A stretch of 64,000 bases of DNA. Source: an uncultured delta proteobacterium. Its GTDB lineage: Bacteria > Myxococcota_A > UBA9160 > UBA4427. Below are positions 9,605 to 18,565 of this stretch, one piece after another (position 1 is the stretch's first letter; the number at the start of each line of letters is the position of its first letter). Location: assembly GCA_963822965.1 (NCBI GenBank), contig CAWGJT010000010.1, positions 626,420 through 690,419 of the forward strand. Direction: 5' to 3'. The notes beneath the pieces are model-generated. The model was not told the origin of the DNA. It saw nothing but the letters and a program-made list of their open reading frames with translations, and did not search any database. The translations under genes were made by a program, and so were the position numbers.

Positions 9605-10075
9605 ATGACGAAGAGCCCGCGGCGGATCGTCGCCTCGCTGATCCTGGCCGCCGGGCTCGGGCTGCTGCCCGGGACCGTGCGCGCCCAGGGAGGCGCGCTC
9701 CTGCCCGATTCCGGGCTGGTGGGAACCGTCACGACGACGGCCCCCCTGGCGTTCTTCACGTTCAGCGGCAGCGCGGGAGCCCAGGTCGATCTCGCCGCGA
9801 TGGGTCTCACGCAGCCCCTGCTGCCCGTCGCGACCCTGAGCTCGCCCACCCAGCAGCTCCTCGCGTCGAGCATGGCCGACGCCCGCAATCCCGACCTGCA
9901 ACGGATCGCACTCCAGCTGCCACAGGATGGCATCTATACCGTGCTGGTCAGCGGCGGCGTCGGCGACTTCGTGGGTCCGGCCGGCTGCACGGGCGTCCCC
10001 GAGCCCGGGGACACCGCGATGCTGCTGGCGGGATGCCTCGGCCTCGCCGCCCTGCGCCGCCGGCCCGGGGGATGA
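9605..10075 (+). CDS. Small secreted PEP-CTERM protein
   Basis: ORF 9605..10075 with GGGAG RBS. N-terminal signal peptide. C-terminal GVPEPGDTAMLLAGCLGLAALRRR (PEP motif, TM segment, basic cluster). Confidence 0.75.
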   Translation: MTKSPRRIVASLILAAGLGLLPGTVRAQGGALLPDSGLVGTVTTTAPLAFFTFSGSAGAQVDLAAMGLTQPLLPVATLSSPTQQLLASSMADARNPDLQRIALQLPQDGIYTVLVSGGVGDFVGPAGCTGVPEPGDTAMLLAGCLGLAALRRRPGG

Positions 10076-10096
10076 GCCGGTCCGCCCGTGCTCGCT

Positions 10097-10834
10097 TCAG
10101 GAGCGAGCCGGGCCGCGCACGCGGCGGGTCTGCCGCCAGGCGGCGAGTCCCGCGAGACCCCCCATCGCGAGCAGGCCCGAGGCCGGCTCGGGCACGGCGG
10201 TGAACGTCGCCGAGAAGATCGTCTGCGCACTGGCCGTCGTCGCGCCCTCGAAGCTGTGGAAGTGGGCGTTGCCCTGTGCGGTCGCGAACAGCCGATAGAG
10301 TCCGGCGTCGAGCCGGCGAAGCTCGTCCACCGTGAAGTCCGAGTAGTCGAACTCGCCCTGGATCCGATAGTCGAAGACCGGCACGAAGTCCGCGAGCCCG
10401 CTGTCGAACGCGTAGAGGGCGACCTGCGACCTCCCTTCGGCCGGGAAGATCGGCGACCGCTGCTCGAGGACGGCCTGGAGGTCGAACCACGCTTCCTCCC
10501 CCAGCTCGAAGTCGAGCGAGAAGGTGGAGCTCTCGGAGCCGGTGAGCTCGTTGTCGAAGTCGATGATGAAGCCGGAGGCCGACAGGTCGCCAGAGAGGGT
10601 GCTGGGTCCGATCTCGGAGTGGTGCCGGCCCGCAACGTCGAAGGTTCCAAAGTCCATCGCGCTCAGCGTGGGCTCGCCCGTCCGGGCGAAGAAGCGGCTC
10701 TGGGCGACGGGCACGATCTCGAGCGCCGAGGCGGCGCCTGCCGGGACGAGCGGCAGGAGCAGCAGGAACAGCAGGTACGGTCGCGCGCGAGATCGGATGC
10801 TTCCGGGTGTCGGGAGGAAATGGGTGACGTGCAT
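10097..10834 (-). CDS. Secreted PEP-CTERM protein of unknown function
   Basis: ORF 10097..10834 with GGAGA RBS. Signal peptide LLFLLLLPLVPAGAASA. C-terminal AVPEPASGLLAMGGLAGLAAWRQTRR. Confidence 0.75.
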   Translation of the reverse strand: MHVTHFLPTPGSIRSRARPYLLFLLLLPLVPAGAASALEIVPVAQSRFFARTGEPTLSAMDFGTFDVAGRHHSEIGPSTLSGDLSASGFIIDFDNELTGSESSTFSLDFELGEEAWFDLQAVLEQRSPIFPAEGRSQVALYAFDSGLADFVPVFDYRIQGEFDYSDFTVDELRRLDAGLYRLFATAQGNAHFHSFEGATTASAQTIFSATFTAVPEPASGLLAMGGLAGLAAWRQTRRVRGPARS

Positions 10835-11046
10835 GGGTGTCTCCAGGTTGGCCGGTGACGGCTCTGTGTGTCAGGCCTGTGTCAGTCCCAATCTACGCGA
10901 GCCCTCGTGCCTTCGACAAGCAGGATTCTTCGATGGGGCCCCGGGGGCGGACGCCCTGGGCCGGGTGTGGGCCGAAAGCCGGTTCTCGGGGCGGCTGGGG
11001 CGAGGCTTCGGGGTCTCGCGGGTGTCCGGCGTCGCGCCAGCTCGGC

Positions 11047-11868
11047 TCAGGGGGTGCGTGACGGTCGCCGGTATGCTTCACGCGCGCGAGCCCGGGAGCG
11101 TCTCCGCTCGCGGGGTGGCACGACCAGGCCCGCCGCCAGCCCGAGACCGACGAGCAGGACCGTGTCGGGCTCCGGCACGGCGAGGATGGCCTGCGTCAGC
11201 GCGTCGGCGATCTTGGCGTGACCCGATGCGTTCGGGTGGACGTCGCCGGGTGCAAAGTCGGAGACGTCGTCCAGCAGGTCGATCAGGTCCGGCCCGCAGA
11301 CCACGCCGGCCGTATCCGCGCAGATCGTGTTCACCCGGTCGCGGTAGCCGTGCAGGAGCGACACCGCCGTCTCGGAGACGTTCGCATCCGGAGCCGCCAT
11401 CAGGATGACGGTGTGGACGCCGCCCGCGAAGAGTCCGTCCAGGATCTCGCGCATGTATCCCTCCCAGTCGTCGACCGGGGTGCTCTCGGGGAGGAAGAAC
11501 CCGACCGAGTCGTTCGTGCCGAGCAGTACGGTGGCGACCTGCGCCGGCAGCGCCGGCGTGGCGAGCTCGTCGAAGACCGTGCCGGAGGCGTCGCAGATGT
11601 CCGGGCAGGGTGTTCCGGGCGCCCAGTAGTAGGCCGACAGGCCACCCTGCGCGACGTTCACCACGTCGTGGGTGCCCGCGAGGGCCTCGGCGACCAGCGT
11701 CGCGAAGGGAGGGCCGACGGGCTCGCTCACCATCCCGGCCGTGATCGAGTCGCCCAGCAGGAGCGTGCGGATGGGTGCCGCCAGCGCGGAAGGGGCCGCA
11801 CCCAGCGAGAGCGCTGAGAGACCGATCGAGAGCCACCAGCGGGTCGTCGTGGGATGTCGCCGTTGCAC
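11047..11868 (-). CDS. SGNH/GDSL hydrolase with PEP-CTERM anchor
   Basis: GTG 11868 inside ORF 11047..12225; the start is inferred from the signal peptide RWWLSIGLSALSLGAAPSALA. GDS block LLLGDSITAG, and the DxxH-like GDVHPNASGH. Tail AVPEPDTVLLVGLGLAAGLVV..RERRR. Confidence 0.75.
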   Translation of the reverse strand: MQRRHPTTTRWWLSIGLSALSLGAAPSALAAPIRTLLLGDSITAGMVSEPVGPPFATLVAEALAGTHDVVNVAQGGLSAYYWAPGTPCPDICDASGTVFDELATPALPAQVATVLLGTNDSVGFFLPESTPVDDWEGYMREILDGLFAGGVHTVILMAAPDANVSETAVSLLHGYRDRVNTICADTAGVVCGPDLIDLLDDVSDFAPGDVHPNASGHAKIADALTQAILAVPEPDTVLLVGLGLAAGLVVPPRERRRSRARAREAYRRPSRTP

Positions 11869-12090
11869 CCTGCTTCGTGGTCTCTCGGAGCGCAAAGTGT
11901 CGGAATCGGGGCAGATTCGGATCGCATCCGGGTGCGGAAGGCTCGACGCGCCGTCGCATTCTGCCGGACCCGCCCGGGCCCGGTGAGTGCGGGCGGGTCT
12001 GCACGGACTCCTCCGGCGGGGCGACGTGCCACGCCGCTGGGCGATCGCGCCCCGGCTTCGGTGCCGCCGGAGCCCAGTCAGGCAGGCGGC

Positions 12091-12105
12091 TGGCACGCAT
12101 GTTGC
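12091..12105 (+). promoter_or_regulatory. Candidate sigma-54 (-24/-12) promoter
   Basis: cTGGCACGcatgTTGCg matches YTGGCACG-N4-TTGCW at all core positions. It is intergenic, correctly oriented, and its TTGC element ends 43 nt before the ATG at 12149. Confidence 0.5.
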
Positions 12106-12148
12106 GACCTGGCGGCTCGAAGCCGCATGCCGCAGCAGGGAGCCCTGG

Positions 12149-13825
12149 ATGAGCGGATCGACGTCGGGCGAGCGCGAGGCCTGGGACGCCATCGTGATCG
12201 GGTCGGGGCTTGGCGGTCTCTGCACCGCCGCCTACCTGTGCGCCTCGGGCCGGCGCACGCTGGTGCTCGAGTCGCACTACGTCGCGGGGGGCAACTCCCA
12301 GGTCTTCCGCCGGAGCCACAAGGGAAGGGAGTACGAGTTCGACGTCGGCATCCACTACATCGGCGAGTGCGGGCGCGACGGCGTCATCACGGCCGTGCTC
12401 AACGGCCTCGGCCTGGCCGAGCGCGTGGTCTTCCGCCCGCTCGACCCGGACGGCTACTCGACCCTGCACTTCCCCGACCTCTCGTTCCGCATCCCGTTCG
12501 GCTGGGATCGCTACCGGGCCCGCCTGCTGGAGACGTTTCCCGACGAGCGCGGCGCCCTGACGTCGGTGCTCGACGTCATGCAGCAGGTGGCGCAGGCGGG
12601 CTTCCGCATGCAGCGGGGACGGCTCCCGTTCTCCCGACTCGCGAGCGAGGCGCCCACCTTCCTGCAGTGGGGGCTGCGCCCGGTGACCGAGCTCTTCGCC
12701 GAGCACCGGCTCTCGGCGCCCGCCGCCGCCGTGCTCCTGGGCGAGCAGGGCTGCTATGCGGTGCGTCCCTCGGATACCCCGGTGGTGATGGCGGCCGGGC
12801 TCACCGACCACTTCCTGCGTGGCGCCTACTACCCGGTGGGCGGCGGCCAGGTGATGGCCGGGCGCCTGATCGAGGCCATTCGCGCCTACGGGGGCGAGGT
12901 CCGCACCCAGAGCCCCGTCCACCGCATCCGCGTCGAGAACGGACGGGTCACGGGGGTCGTCACGGGCAAGCGGAACCGGAAGCCCATGGAGATCGACTCG
13001 CCGGTCGTCGTCTCCAACGCCGATCTCAAGCGCACGTTCTTCGAGCTCGTCGGCGAGGAGCACTGCGCGCCCGAGACCGTGGAGCGCATCCGCGGGCTGA
13101 AGATGGCCGTGCCGCTCTTCTGCATCTACCTCGGGCTCGACGTCGACCTGGGCGCGCGGGGCATGCCCAACAGCAACCACTTCATCTGGGGCGACTACGA
13201 CATCGAGGGGGTCTACGACGAGCTGGACGCCGGCCAGCTCACGTCCAAGGCCATGTGCTACGTGACGGCAGCGAGCCTCAAGGATCCCGAGAGCACCCAT
13301 CTCGCGCCTCCGGGCTACACGAATCTCCAGATCATGACGCTGGCGCCGCGGGACTACGGGGTGTGGCACGTCGAGCGGGGGCCGGCCGAGGGCGGCCGCT
13401 ATCACCGCGACCCGGAGTACCGCAAGCGCAAGAGCGAGCTCACGGAGCAGCTGATCGACACCGCCCAGCAGATCATCCCCGACCTGCGCGAGCACATCGA
13501 CTGGAAGGAGGCCGCGACCCCCGTGAGCCAGGAGCGGTTCACCCATTCGACGGGCGGCACCTCCTACGGCATCGAGATGTCCTGCAGCCAGGCGGGGCCG
13601 CTGCGGGTGGGTCCGCGCACCGAGATCGAAGGCCTCTTCCTGTGCGGCGCGAGCACGCCCTCGGGTCCCGGCATCGCAGGCGTCATGCGCGGCGGGCTGC
13701 TGGCGGCGGGCGAGGTGCTCGAGACCGACCTGCTGGCCCCCGTTCTGGCGGGCCGCGTCTTCGGCGACCGCGATGCGCTCCCTGCGCTGCACGAGGGCTG
13801 GGACCCGTGGCGGGAGAGCCACTGA
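12149..13825 (+). CDS. FAD/NAD(P)-dependent oxidoreductase, phytoene-desaturase (CrtI/retinol-saturase-like) family
   Basis: ATG 12149 inside ORF 11987..13825. N-terminal dinucleotide fold DAIVIGSGLGGLCTAAYL..LESHYVAGG. About 558 aa, typical of the family. Confidence 0.85.
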   Translation: MSGSTSGEREAWDAIVIGSGLGGLCTAAYLCASGRRTLVLESHYVAGGNSQVFRRSHKGREYEFDVGIHYIGECGRDGVITAVLNGLGLAERVVFRPLDPDGYSTLHFPDLSFRIPFGWDRYRARLLETFPDERGALTSVLDVMQQVAQAGFRMQRGRLPFSRLASEAPTFLQWGLRPVTELFAEHRLSAPAAAVLLGEQGCYAVRPSDTPVVMAAGLTDHFLRGAYYPVGGGQVMAGRLIEAIRAYGGEVRTQSPVHRIRVENGRVTGVVTGKRNRKPMEIDSPVVVSNADLKRTFFELVGEEHCAPETVERIRGLKMAVPLFCIYLGLDVDLGARGMPNSNHFIWGDYDIEGVYDELDAGQLTSKAMCYVTAASLKDPESTHLAPPGYTNLQIMTLAPRDYGVWHVERGPAEGGRYHRDPEYRKRKSELTEQLIDTAQQIIPDLREHIDWKEAATPVSQERFTHSTGGTSYGIEMSCSQAGPLRVGPRTEIEGLFLCGASTPSGPGIAGVMRGGLLAAGEVLETDLLAPVLAGRVFGDRDALPALHEGWDPWRESH

Positions 13826-13851
13826 GTCCCCGTCCCGCTGGCGCGGGGCTC
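13824..13851. terminator. GC-rich hairpin between convergent genes (possible bidirectional terminator)
   Basis: gag(t)ccccg-N11-cggggctc: an 8-bp stem with one bulge, spanning both stop codons (TGA 13823-13825 on +, TGA 13852-13850 on -). No U-tract. Confidence 0.3.
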
Positions 13852-14606
13852 AGATCCAGCCCTGCTCCTTGAACTTGTCCTCGAGGACCTTGGCGATCTC
13901 GTCGGCAATCCGATCGGCGGAGCCTTCCGCGGTGGTGCGGCCGCTGATCTCTCCCTCCGCCTTGACCGCGCCGCCGACGACGAGGCCGATCGGGTTGGCG
14001 GTGGCGATCGTCACCGAGGGCCGGCACGACCAGGCCCGGCGACTTGCCGCCGCCGCCCGAGCCCACGGTGCCGCTGCCGAGCTTCACCAGGCCGCTCTCG
14101 GTCATGTGATACCCCTCGACGTGGGCCGCCACGCTCGCCGACCCCTTCCCGAAGCCGATGAGGACCCGCTCGGCCCCGCTTCCCTCGTCGATCGAGGTGA
14201 AGTAGCCGATCAGCACGATGTCATCGAGCTGCGGATCCGGCTGGCCTGCGGCTCGAACCGCGTTGATTCCCATCTTGTCGATCTTGGCGACCAGCTCCTT
14301 GGCGACGTCGGCCCCGAGCTTGCGGCCGGCGGCGAGCTCCTCCGCGCTCACGTCGGCGGCGGCCTGGGCGTAGGCGCTCCGCGCCTGCGACCAGGCCGGA
14401 AGGTCCGCGGGCGCGGCTGCGAAGTCATACACGATGATGCGGCCGGGGCGCGGGAGATTCGCCCCCTCGTACTCCTGGCGATCGGTGACCTCGGTGGACG
14501 CGCAGCCGGTGAGCAGGGCCAGTGCGAGCAGACCGGCCGCTCCGAGGCACCATCCGCGTGCGGCAGGTCGGGTGGAAGGGAACGATCGGGCACTCGTCGT
14601 GGTCAT
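13850..14606 (-). pseudogene. Lipoprotein (DUF4410-like) with an apparent +1 frameshift near 14010-14040
   Basis: ORF 13683..14606 starts with the lipobox LLTGC. It is protein-like to ..GGGGKSPGLVVPAL, then becomes Arg/Gly junk that overlaps the convergent gene. The neighbouring frame continues as VTIATANPIGLVVGGAVKAEGEISGRTTAEGSADRIADEIAKVLEDKFKEQGWI* and stops at 13850. Confidence 0.6.
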
Positions 14607-14869
14607 TCGGACGACTCCTTGGAGGGGGCAGGGCAGGAAGACCCGACTCTACCTCACATACCGCATCCCGGGTCGAGACGCGGACGCGGACGTGGAGGCG
14701 TCCCGACGCGCGGGCGGCCGCCCCACGACGCGAGGCGGGCGCCGCCGTGACGACCTCGAATCCCTCGCCGCGCACCGAGCGCCGTCGGCCGGGTGGTGTG
14801 CGCGCCGGAGGTCCGTGGGTCACCGGGCTCAGCGCGGCCCGAGGAGCGCGGGATCCGGCGGTGGCCGGC

Positions 14870-15244
14870 TCAGCCGGGAAGCTGGCTCTGGAACTGCTTC
14901 ATGTCGAAGTAGTCGCGCCAGCCGCAGATCTTGCCGTCGCGCAGGTCGAAGCTTCCCATCACGGGAAGCTCCACCCACTTCTCGCCCATGTGGAATCGGT
15001 CGGTCCGTTCCGTGAGCACCACGCCCCCGGCGGTCTCGGCGAGGTTGTGGGTCACCCAGTCGATCTCGCTGGCCATGCCCATGAAGCCCTGAAGCACTCC
15101 GCGGATCGCGTCGAGGCCCTTCACGGGCGCCACGGGGACGTTGTGGTAGACGCAGTCGTCGGTGAAGAAGCTCATCACGCGCTCGAGATCGTTCCGGTTG
15201 AAGGCGTCGATGAAGTCCCGGACGATGGCCTGGTTGTCGCTCAT
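14870..15244 (-). CDS. Limonene-1,2-epoxide hydrolase family protein (NTF2 fold)
   Basis: ORF 14870..15244 with GGAGG RBS. By-eye match to Rhodococcus LEH includes YHNVP, TERTD (Arg/Asp) and GKICGWRDYFD (Asp). Confidence 0.8.
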   Translation of the reverse strand: MSDNQAIVRDFIDAFNRNDLERVMSFFTDDCVYHNVPVAPVKGLDAIRGVLQGFMGMASEIDWVTHNLAETAGGVVLTERTDRFHMGEKWVELPVMGSFDLRDGKICGWRDYFDMKQFQSQLPG

Positions 15245-15295
15245 GAGAACCTCCGTTTCGTCGTGGAGACGGTTGCGCGGCTCGGCACCGCGGAA

Positions 15296-15841
15296 TCAGC
15301 CCTGGCGCTCGTGGAGCGGCGCGATGCTGGCCTTGTGGAACTGGAGCTTCGGCTTTGCGCCGGCGAATTCGACGTCGTCCGAGGTGACCGCGCGAAGCGC
15401 CAGGGCACGGTCCTCCTCGCTGAAGGTGCCGGTGGTGGTGCAGAACTCGACCAGGGTGCCGCCGGGATCGGTGGTGTAGACCGAGTAGCACCAGTCGTGG
15501 TCGATCTCGAGCACCCCATAGCCGTTGTCGAGCCAGCGCTGCTTGGCCTTCTCGATGTCAGCGAGATCGCGGGCCCCGAAGGCCACGTGGTTCACCCATT
15601 CCGGGAGACCCACCGCCCGGGAGATCCCGGTCTCGAAGTCCTGGGGCAGGCTGTCGTCGTGCAGCTCCCAGAACGCCATCATCTCGCCGCCGCCCGTCTC
15701 GTAGAAGAAGTGCTTGGCCCAGCCGCCGTCCGGGGTGCGGGCCACCTCGACCTTCACCAGATCGAAGCCCATGGCCTGGCTGTAGAAGACGTGGGTTGCC
15801 TGCATGTTGCGCGTCGCGAGGGCGAGATGGTGGAAGGGCAC
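15296..15841 (-). CDS. VOC/glyoxalase-family protein
   Basis: ORF 15296..15841 with GTG start and AGGAGG RBS. FHHLALAT..FYSQAMGF and NHVAF blocks suggest two beta-alpha-beta-beta-beta modules. Confidence 0.75.
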   Translation of the reverse strand: MPFHHLALATRNMQATHVFYSQAMGFDLVKVEVARTPDGGWAKHFFYETGGGEMMAFWELHDDSLPQDFETGISRAVGLPEWVNHVAFGARDLADIEKAKQRWLDNGYGVLEIDHDWCYSVYTTDPGGTLVEFCTTTGTFSEEDRALALRAVTSDDVEFAGAKPKLQFHKASIAPLHERQG

Positions 15842-15992
15842 GGGAATCCTCCTGTCGAAGGCCTGGGACGCCCGTCAGTATACCTGTGACGGGGCTCACT
15901 CCAGCGGGGCCGTCGACCGGACGATGAGAGGGGACCGGGCCCGCCCCGGGACCCAGCGGGGACCGGCCGGACTCAGCAAGGGGAGAGCCGCC

Positions 15993-16277
15993 ATGGGCAA
16001 GAAGGTCATGATCGCTCTGGTCCTCATCGCCGCCGCCTCCATCTATCTCACCATCAAGGAGCAGGGCCGGGACGAGGCCTTCGGCGGTGCGCTGGCACCG
16101 CTCGAGAGTGCTCGGGCCAGCGACGGCGAGGCGCATGCGCCGCTGGCGGCGGCGCTCGCCACCGGCGGTTCGGGTTCCGGCGGGACCGCGCAGTCGAACT
16201 ACGGCCAGATGGTGAACCGCGTTCGCACCAAGGTGAACGGCGCCATGGACCAGTCGGTGAAGCGCTCCTCGCGCTGA
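15993..16277 (+). CDS. Small hypothetical protein with an N-terminal TM helix (94 aa)
   Basis: ATG 15993 with GGGGAGAG RBS, inside ORF 15804..16277. MGKKVMIALVLIAAASIYLTI, then a low-complexity soluble part. No family recognised. Confidence 0.45.
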   Translation: MGKKVMIALVLIAAASIYLTIKEQGRDEAFGGALAPLESARASDGEAHAPLAAALATGGSGSGGTAQSNYGQMVNRVRTKVNGAMDQSVKRSSR

Positions 16278-16373
16278 TCCCGTCCTCCGGGCGCGCCACG
16301 CCCGGGTTGCCGGCTCGACCCATCCTCCGGACGCATCGGACCGTCCCCTGGGCGGTTCGCTAGCGTTGGGGCG

Positions 16374-16565
16374 ATGAAGGTCCGCATCGATCGCGATCTC
16401 TGTCAGGGACACGGGGTCTGCATGGGGGAGGCGCCCGAGGTCTTCCGCGTGGACGACGACGGCCACGTCACGATCCTGCTCGAGGAGCCGCCCGGAGAGC
16501 TGCGCGGCAAGGTGGCCGACGCGGTTCGCTACTGCCCGACCGGTGCGATCTCCGTGGAGGACTGA
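16374..16565 (+). CDS. Small ferredoxin (single-cluster, P450-redox-partner type)
   Basis: ORF 16374..16565, 63 aa. Cluster motif CQGHGVC...CP (CxxHxxC..CP). Confidence 0.85.
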   Translation: MKVRIDRDLCQGHGVCMGEAPEVFRVDDDGHVTILLEEPPGELRGKVADAVRYCPTGAISVED

Positions 16566-16578
16566 CGGCGCCGTGCTC

Positions 16579-18033
16579 ATGTCCTATGGCCGCGCGTTCG
16601 CGTGGCACGCCGAACGCGATCCCGACGCGGTAGCTGTGACCTGCAGCGATCGGGTGACCACCTGGGGCGAGATCGATCGACGGTCGAACCGCCTGGCCCG
16701 CACCTACGCGAAGAAGGGCGTAGGCGAGGGCGATCTGGTCACCCTCGCGTTGCCGAACGGCATCGAGTTCCTCGAGGTGTGCCTGGCGGTGTGGAAGCTC
16801 GGGGCGACCCCGAACCCGGTCTCGTCGCACCTGCCCGAGCCCGAGCGGCGGGCGATCTTCCAGACCGCCGAGCCGGCACTGCTGGTGGGCGTGCCGGACG
16901 GCGCGCATCCCGAAACGGCGACCGTGCCGCCCGGCTTCGATCCGGTGGACGAAGACGACGGTCCGCTGCCCGACGTGGTACCGCCCTCGGCCCGGGCGAT
17001 GACCTCCGGCGGCAGCACCGGGCGTCCCAAGGTGATCCTGGATCTCACCCCGGCGCGCTGCGATCCCGAGGTGCCCGAGAACCGCATGACCGCCGGCGGC
17101 ACCACGCTGGTGCCCGGTCCGCTCTATCACGCGGGCCCCTTCATCACCGCCTGGCAGTCGCTGCTCTCCGGCCGTCGCGTCGTGCTCATGGAGCGGTTCG
17201 ATGCGTCCGCCTGCCTGATGCTCATCGAGAAGCACGCGGTCGACTGGGTGCTCTTCGTTCCGACCATGATGCAGCGAATCTGGAAGCTGCCCGAGGCCGA
17301 GCGGAACGCGCGCGACCTGTCGTCGCTGCGGACGGTGATGTGCAGCGGCGCGCCGAGCCCGCAGTGGCTCAAGCGGGCCTGGATCGAGTGGCTCGGCCCC
17401 GAACGGATCCACGAGGCCTACGGGGGCTCCGAGCGCATCGGCGGCACCCAGATCTCGGGCAGCGAGTGGCTCGAGCATCCGGGCTCGGTGGGACGGCCCA
17501 CCGGCGGCCGCAAGATGCGCATCCTGGACGCCGACGGGCGTGAGCTGCCCCCGGGCGAGGTGGGCGAGGTGTTCATGATGCCGCCGGGCGGGCAGGGCTC
17601 CACGTACCGCTACATCGGTGCCCGCGCCACGACCAGCGCCGACGGCTGGGAGTCGCTGGGCGACATGGGCTACCTGGACGCAGACGGCTACCTCTATCTC
17701 GTCGACCGCAAGACGGACATGATCGTGACGGGGGGCGCCAACGTGTACCCCGCCGAGGTCGAGTCGGCGATCGACAGCCATCCGGCCGTGCGCTCGAGCG
17801 CGGTGGTGGGACTACCCGACCCGGATCTCGGCCAGCGCATCCACGCCATCGTGGACGCGCCCGACGCGGCGGCGCGCGGTCTCGACGAGGCGGCCCTGCG
17901 CGCGCACCTGGCCTCGCGCCTGGTTCGCTACAAGATTCCCCGGACCTTCGAGTTCGTGGCCGAGCCGCTCCGCGACGACGCCGGCAAGGTGCGTCGTCCG
18001 GCCCTGCGCGAGGCCCGGCTCTCGAAGGACTGA
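16579..18033 (+). CDS. AMP-dependent acid-CoA ligase
   Basis: ATG 16579 inside ORF 16543..18033. Motifs TSGGSTGRPKV, YGGSE, GDMGYLDADGYLYLVDRKTDMIVTGGANVYP. Confidence 0.9.
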   Translation: MSYGRAFAWHAERDPDAVAVTCSDRVTTWGEIDRRSNRLARTYAKKGVGEGDLVTLALPNGIEFLEVCLAVWKLGATPNPVSSHLPEPERRAIFQTAEPALLVGVPDGAHPETATVPPGFDPVDEDDGPLPDVVPPSARAMTSGGSTGRPKVILDLTPARCDPEVPENRMTAGGTTLVPGPLYHAGPFITAWQSLLSGRRVVLMERFDASACLMLIEKHAVDWVLFVPTMMQRIWKLPEAERNARDLSSLRTVMCSGAPSPQWLKRAWIEWLGPERIHEAYGGSERIGGTQISGSEWLEHPGSVGRPTGGRKMRILDADGRELPPGEVGEVFMMPPGGQGSTYRYIGARATTSADGWESLGDMGYLDADGYLYLVDRKTDMIVTGGANVYPAEVESAIDSHPAVRSSAVVGLPDPDLGQRIHAIVDAPDAAARGLDEAALRAHLASRLVRYKIPRTFEFVAEPLRDDAGKVRRPALREARLSKD

Positions 18034-18091
18034 CCCCGACCCGTTCGCCGATCCCGTTCGCCGACCCATTCGCCGAAAAAGGAGACGAAGC

Positions 18092-18550
18092 ATGGCACCC
18101 CTCTCGCTCCAGCAGGTCTCCGACCGCATCGAGATCAACGATGTGCTCGTCCGCTACACGGCCGCCATCGACCAGAAGGACTGGGCGCTCCTCGACCGCT
18201 GCTTCACGAAGGACGCGCACCTCGACTATACGAGCGCGGGGGGCATCGCGGGCGACTATCCGCAGGTGCGCGCCTGGCTCGAGAAGGCCCTCGCGCCGTT
18301 TCCGGTGACGGCCCACTACGTGACGAACTCGAGGGTGGAGCTCCACGGCGACGAGGCCAGCGCCCGGACGGCGGTCCTCAACCCCATGCAGTTCCGCAAC
18401 CCCGACGGATCGATGCACCACTTCACCGTGGGCGCCTACTACAACGACCGGCTGGTCCGCACCTCCGACGGCTGGCGCATCCGCGAGCGCGTCGAGGAGA
18501 ATGCCTTCCTGGAGGGCTCCTTGCCCAAGGCGCTCTCGATTCCCGGCTGA
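18092..18550 (+). CDS. SnoaL-like / NTF2-fold protein
   Basis: ORF 18092..18550 with strong RBS AAGGAGA. DRIEINDVLVRYTAAIDQKDWALLDRCFTKDA pattern typical of SnoaL_4 proteins. Confidence 0.8.
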   Translation: MAPLSLQQVSDRIEINDVLVRYTAAIDQKDWALLDRCFTKDAHLDYTSAGGIAGDYPQVRAWLEKALAPFPVTAHYVTNSRVELHGDEASARTAVLNPMQFRNPDGSMHHFTVGAYYNDRLVRTSDGWRIRERVEENAFLEGSLPKALSIPG

Positions 18551-18565
18551 TTCCGGAGCCCCCGC

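Noticed and set aside
6119-9901. Very long ORFs on the opposite strand or in other frames of real genes. Examples: 6119..9901 (1260 aa), 28121..31705 (1194 aa), 33165..36245 (1026 aa), 39802..42651 (949 aa), 19835..23470 (1211 aa), 11078..13822 (914 aa).
   Set aside because: Their translations are Arg/Pro/Gly/Ala-rich with no recognisable motifs, and they lie antisense to or out of frame with genes that have clear family signatures. Such stop-free shadow frames are expected at this GC content.
13683-13849. The 3' tail of ORF 13683..14606 overlapping the convergent oxidoreductase gene.
   Set aside because: It is Arg/Gly-rich junk after the frameshift point. The shifted frame gives a plausible C-terminus ending at 13850.
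16287-16305. Hairpin CCGGGCG-cgcca-CGCCCGG after the small ORF at 15993-16277, and a bulged hairpin at 33275-33306 between fumC and doxX, considered as intrinsic terminators.
   Set aside because: The stems are plausible, but neither is followed by a U-tract on either strand. Similar GC hairpins are frequent in this sequence, so they were left uncalled.
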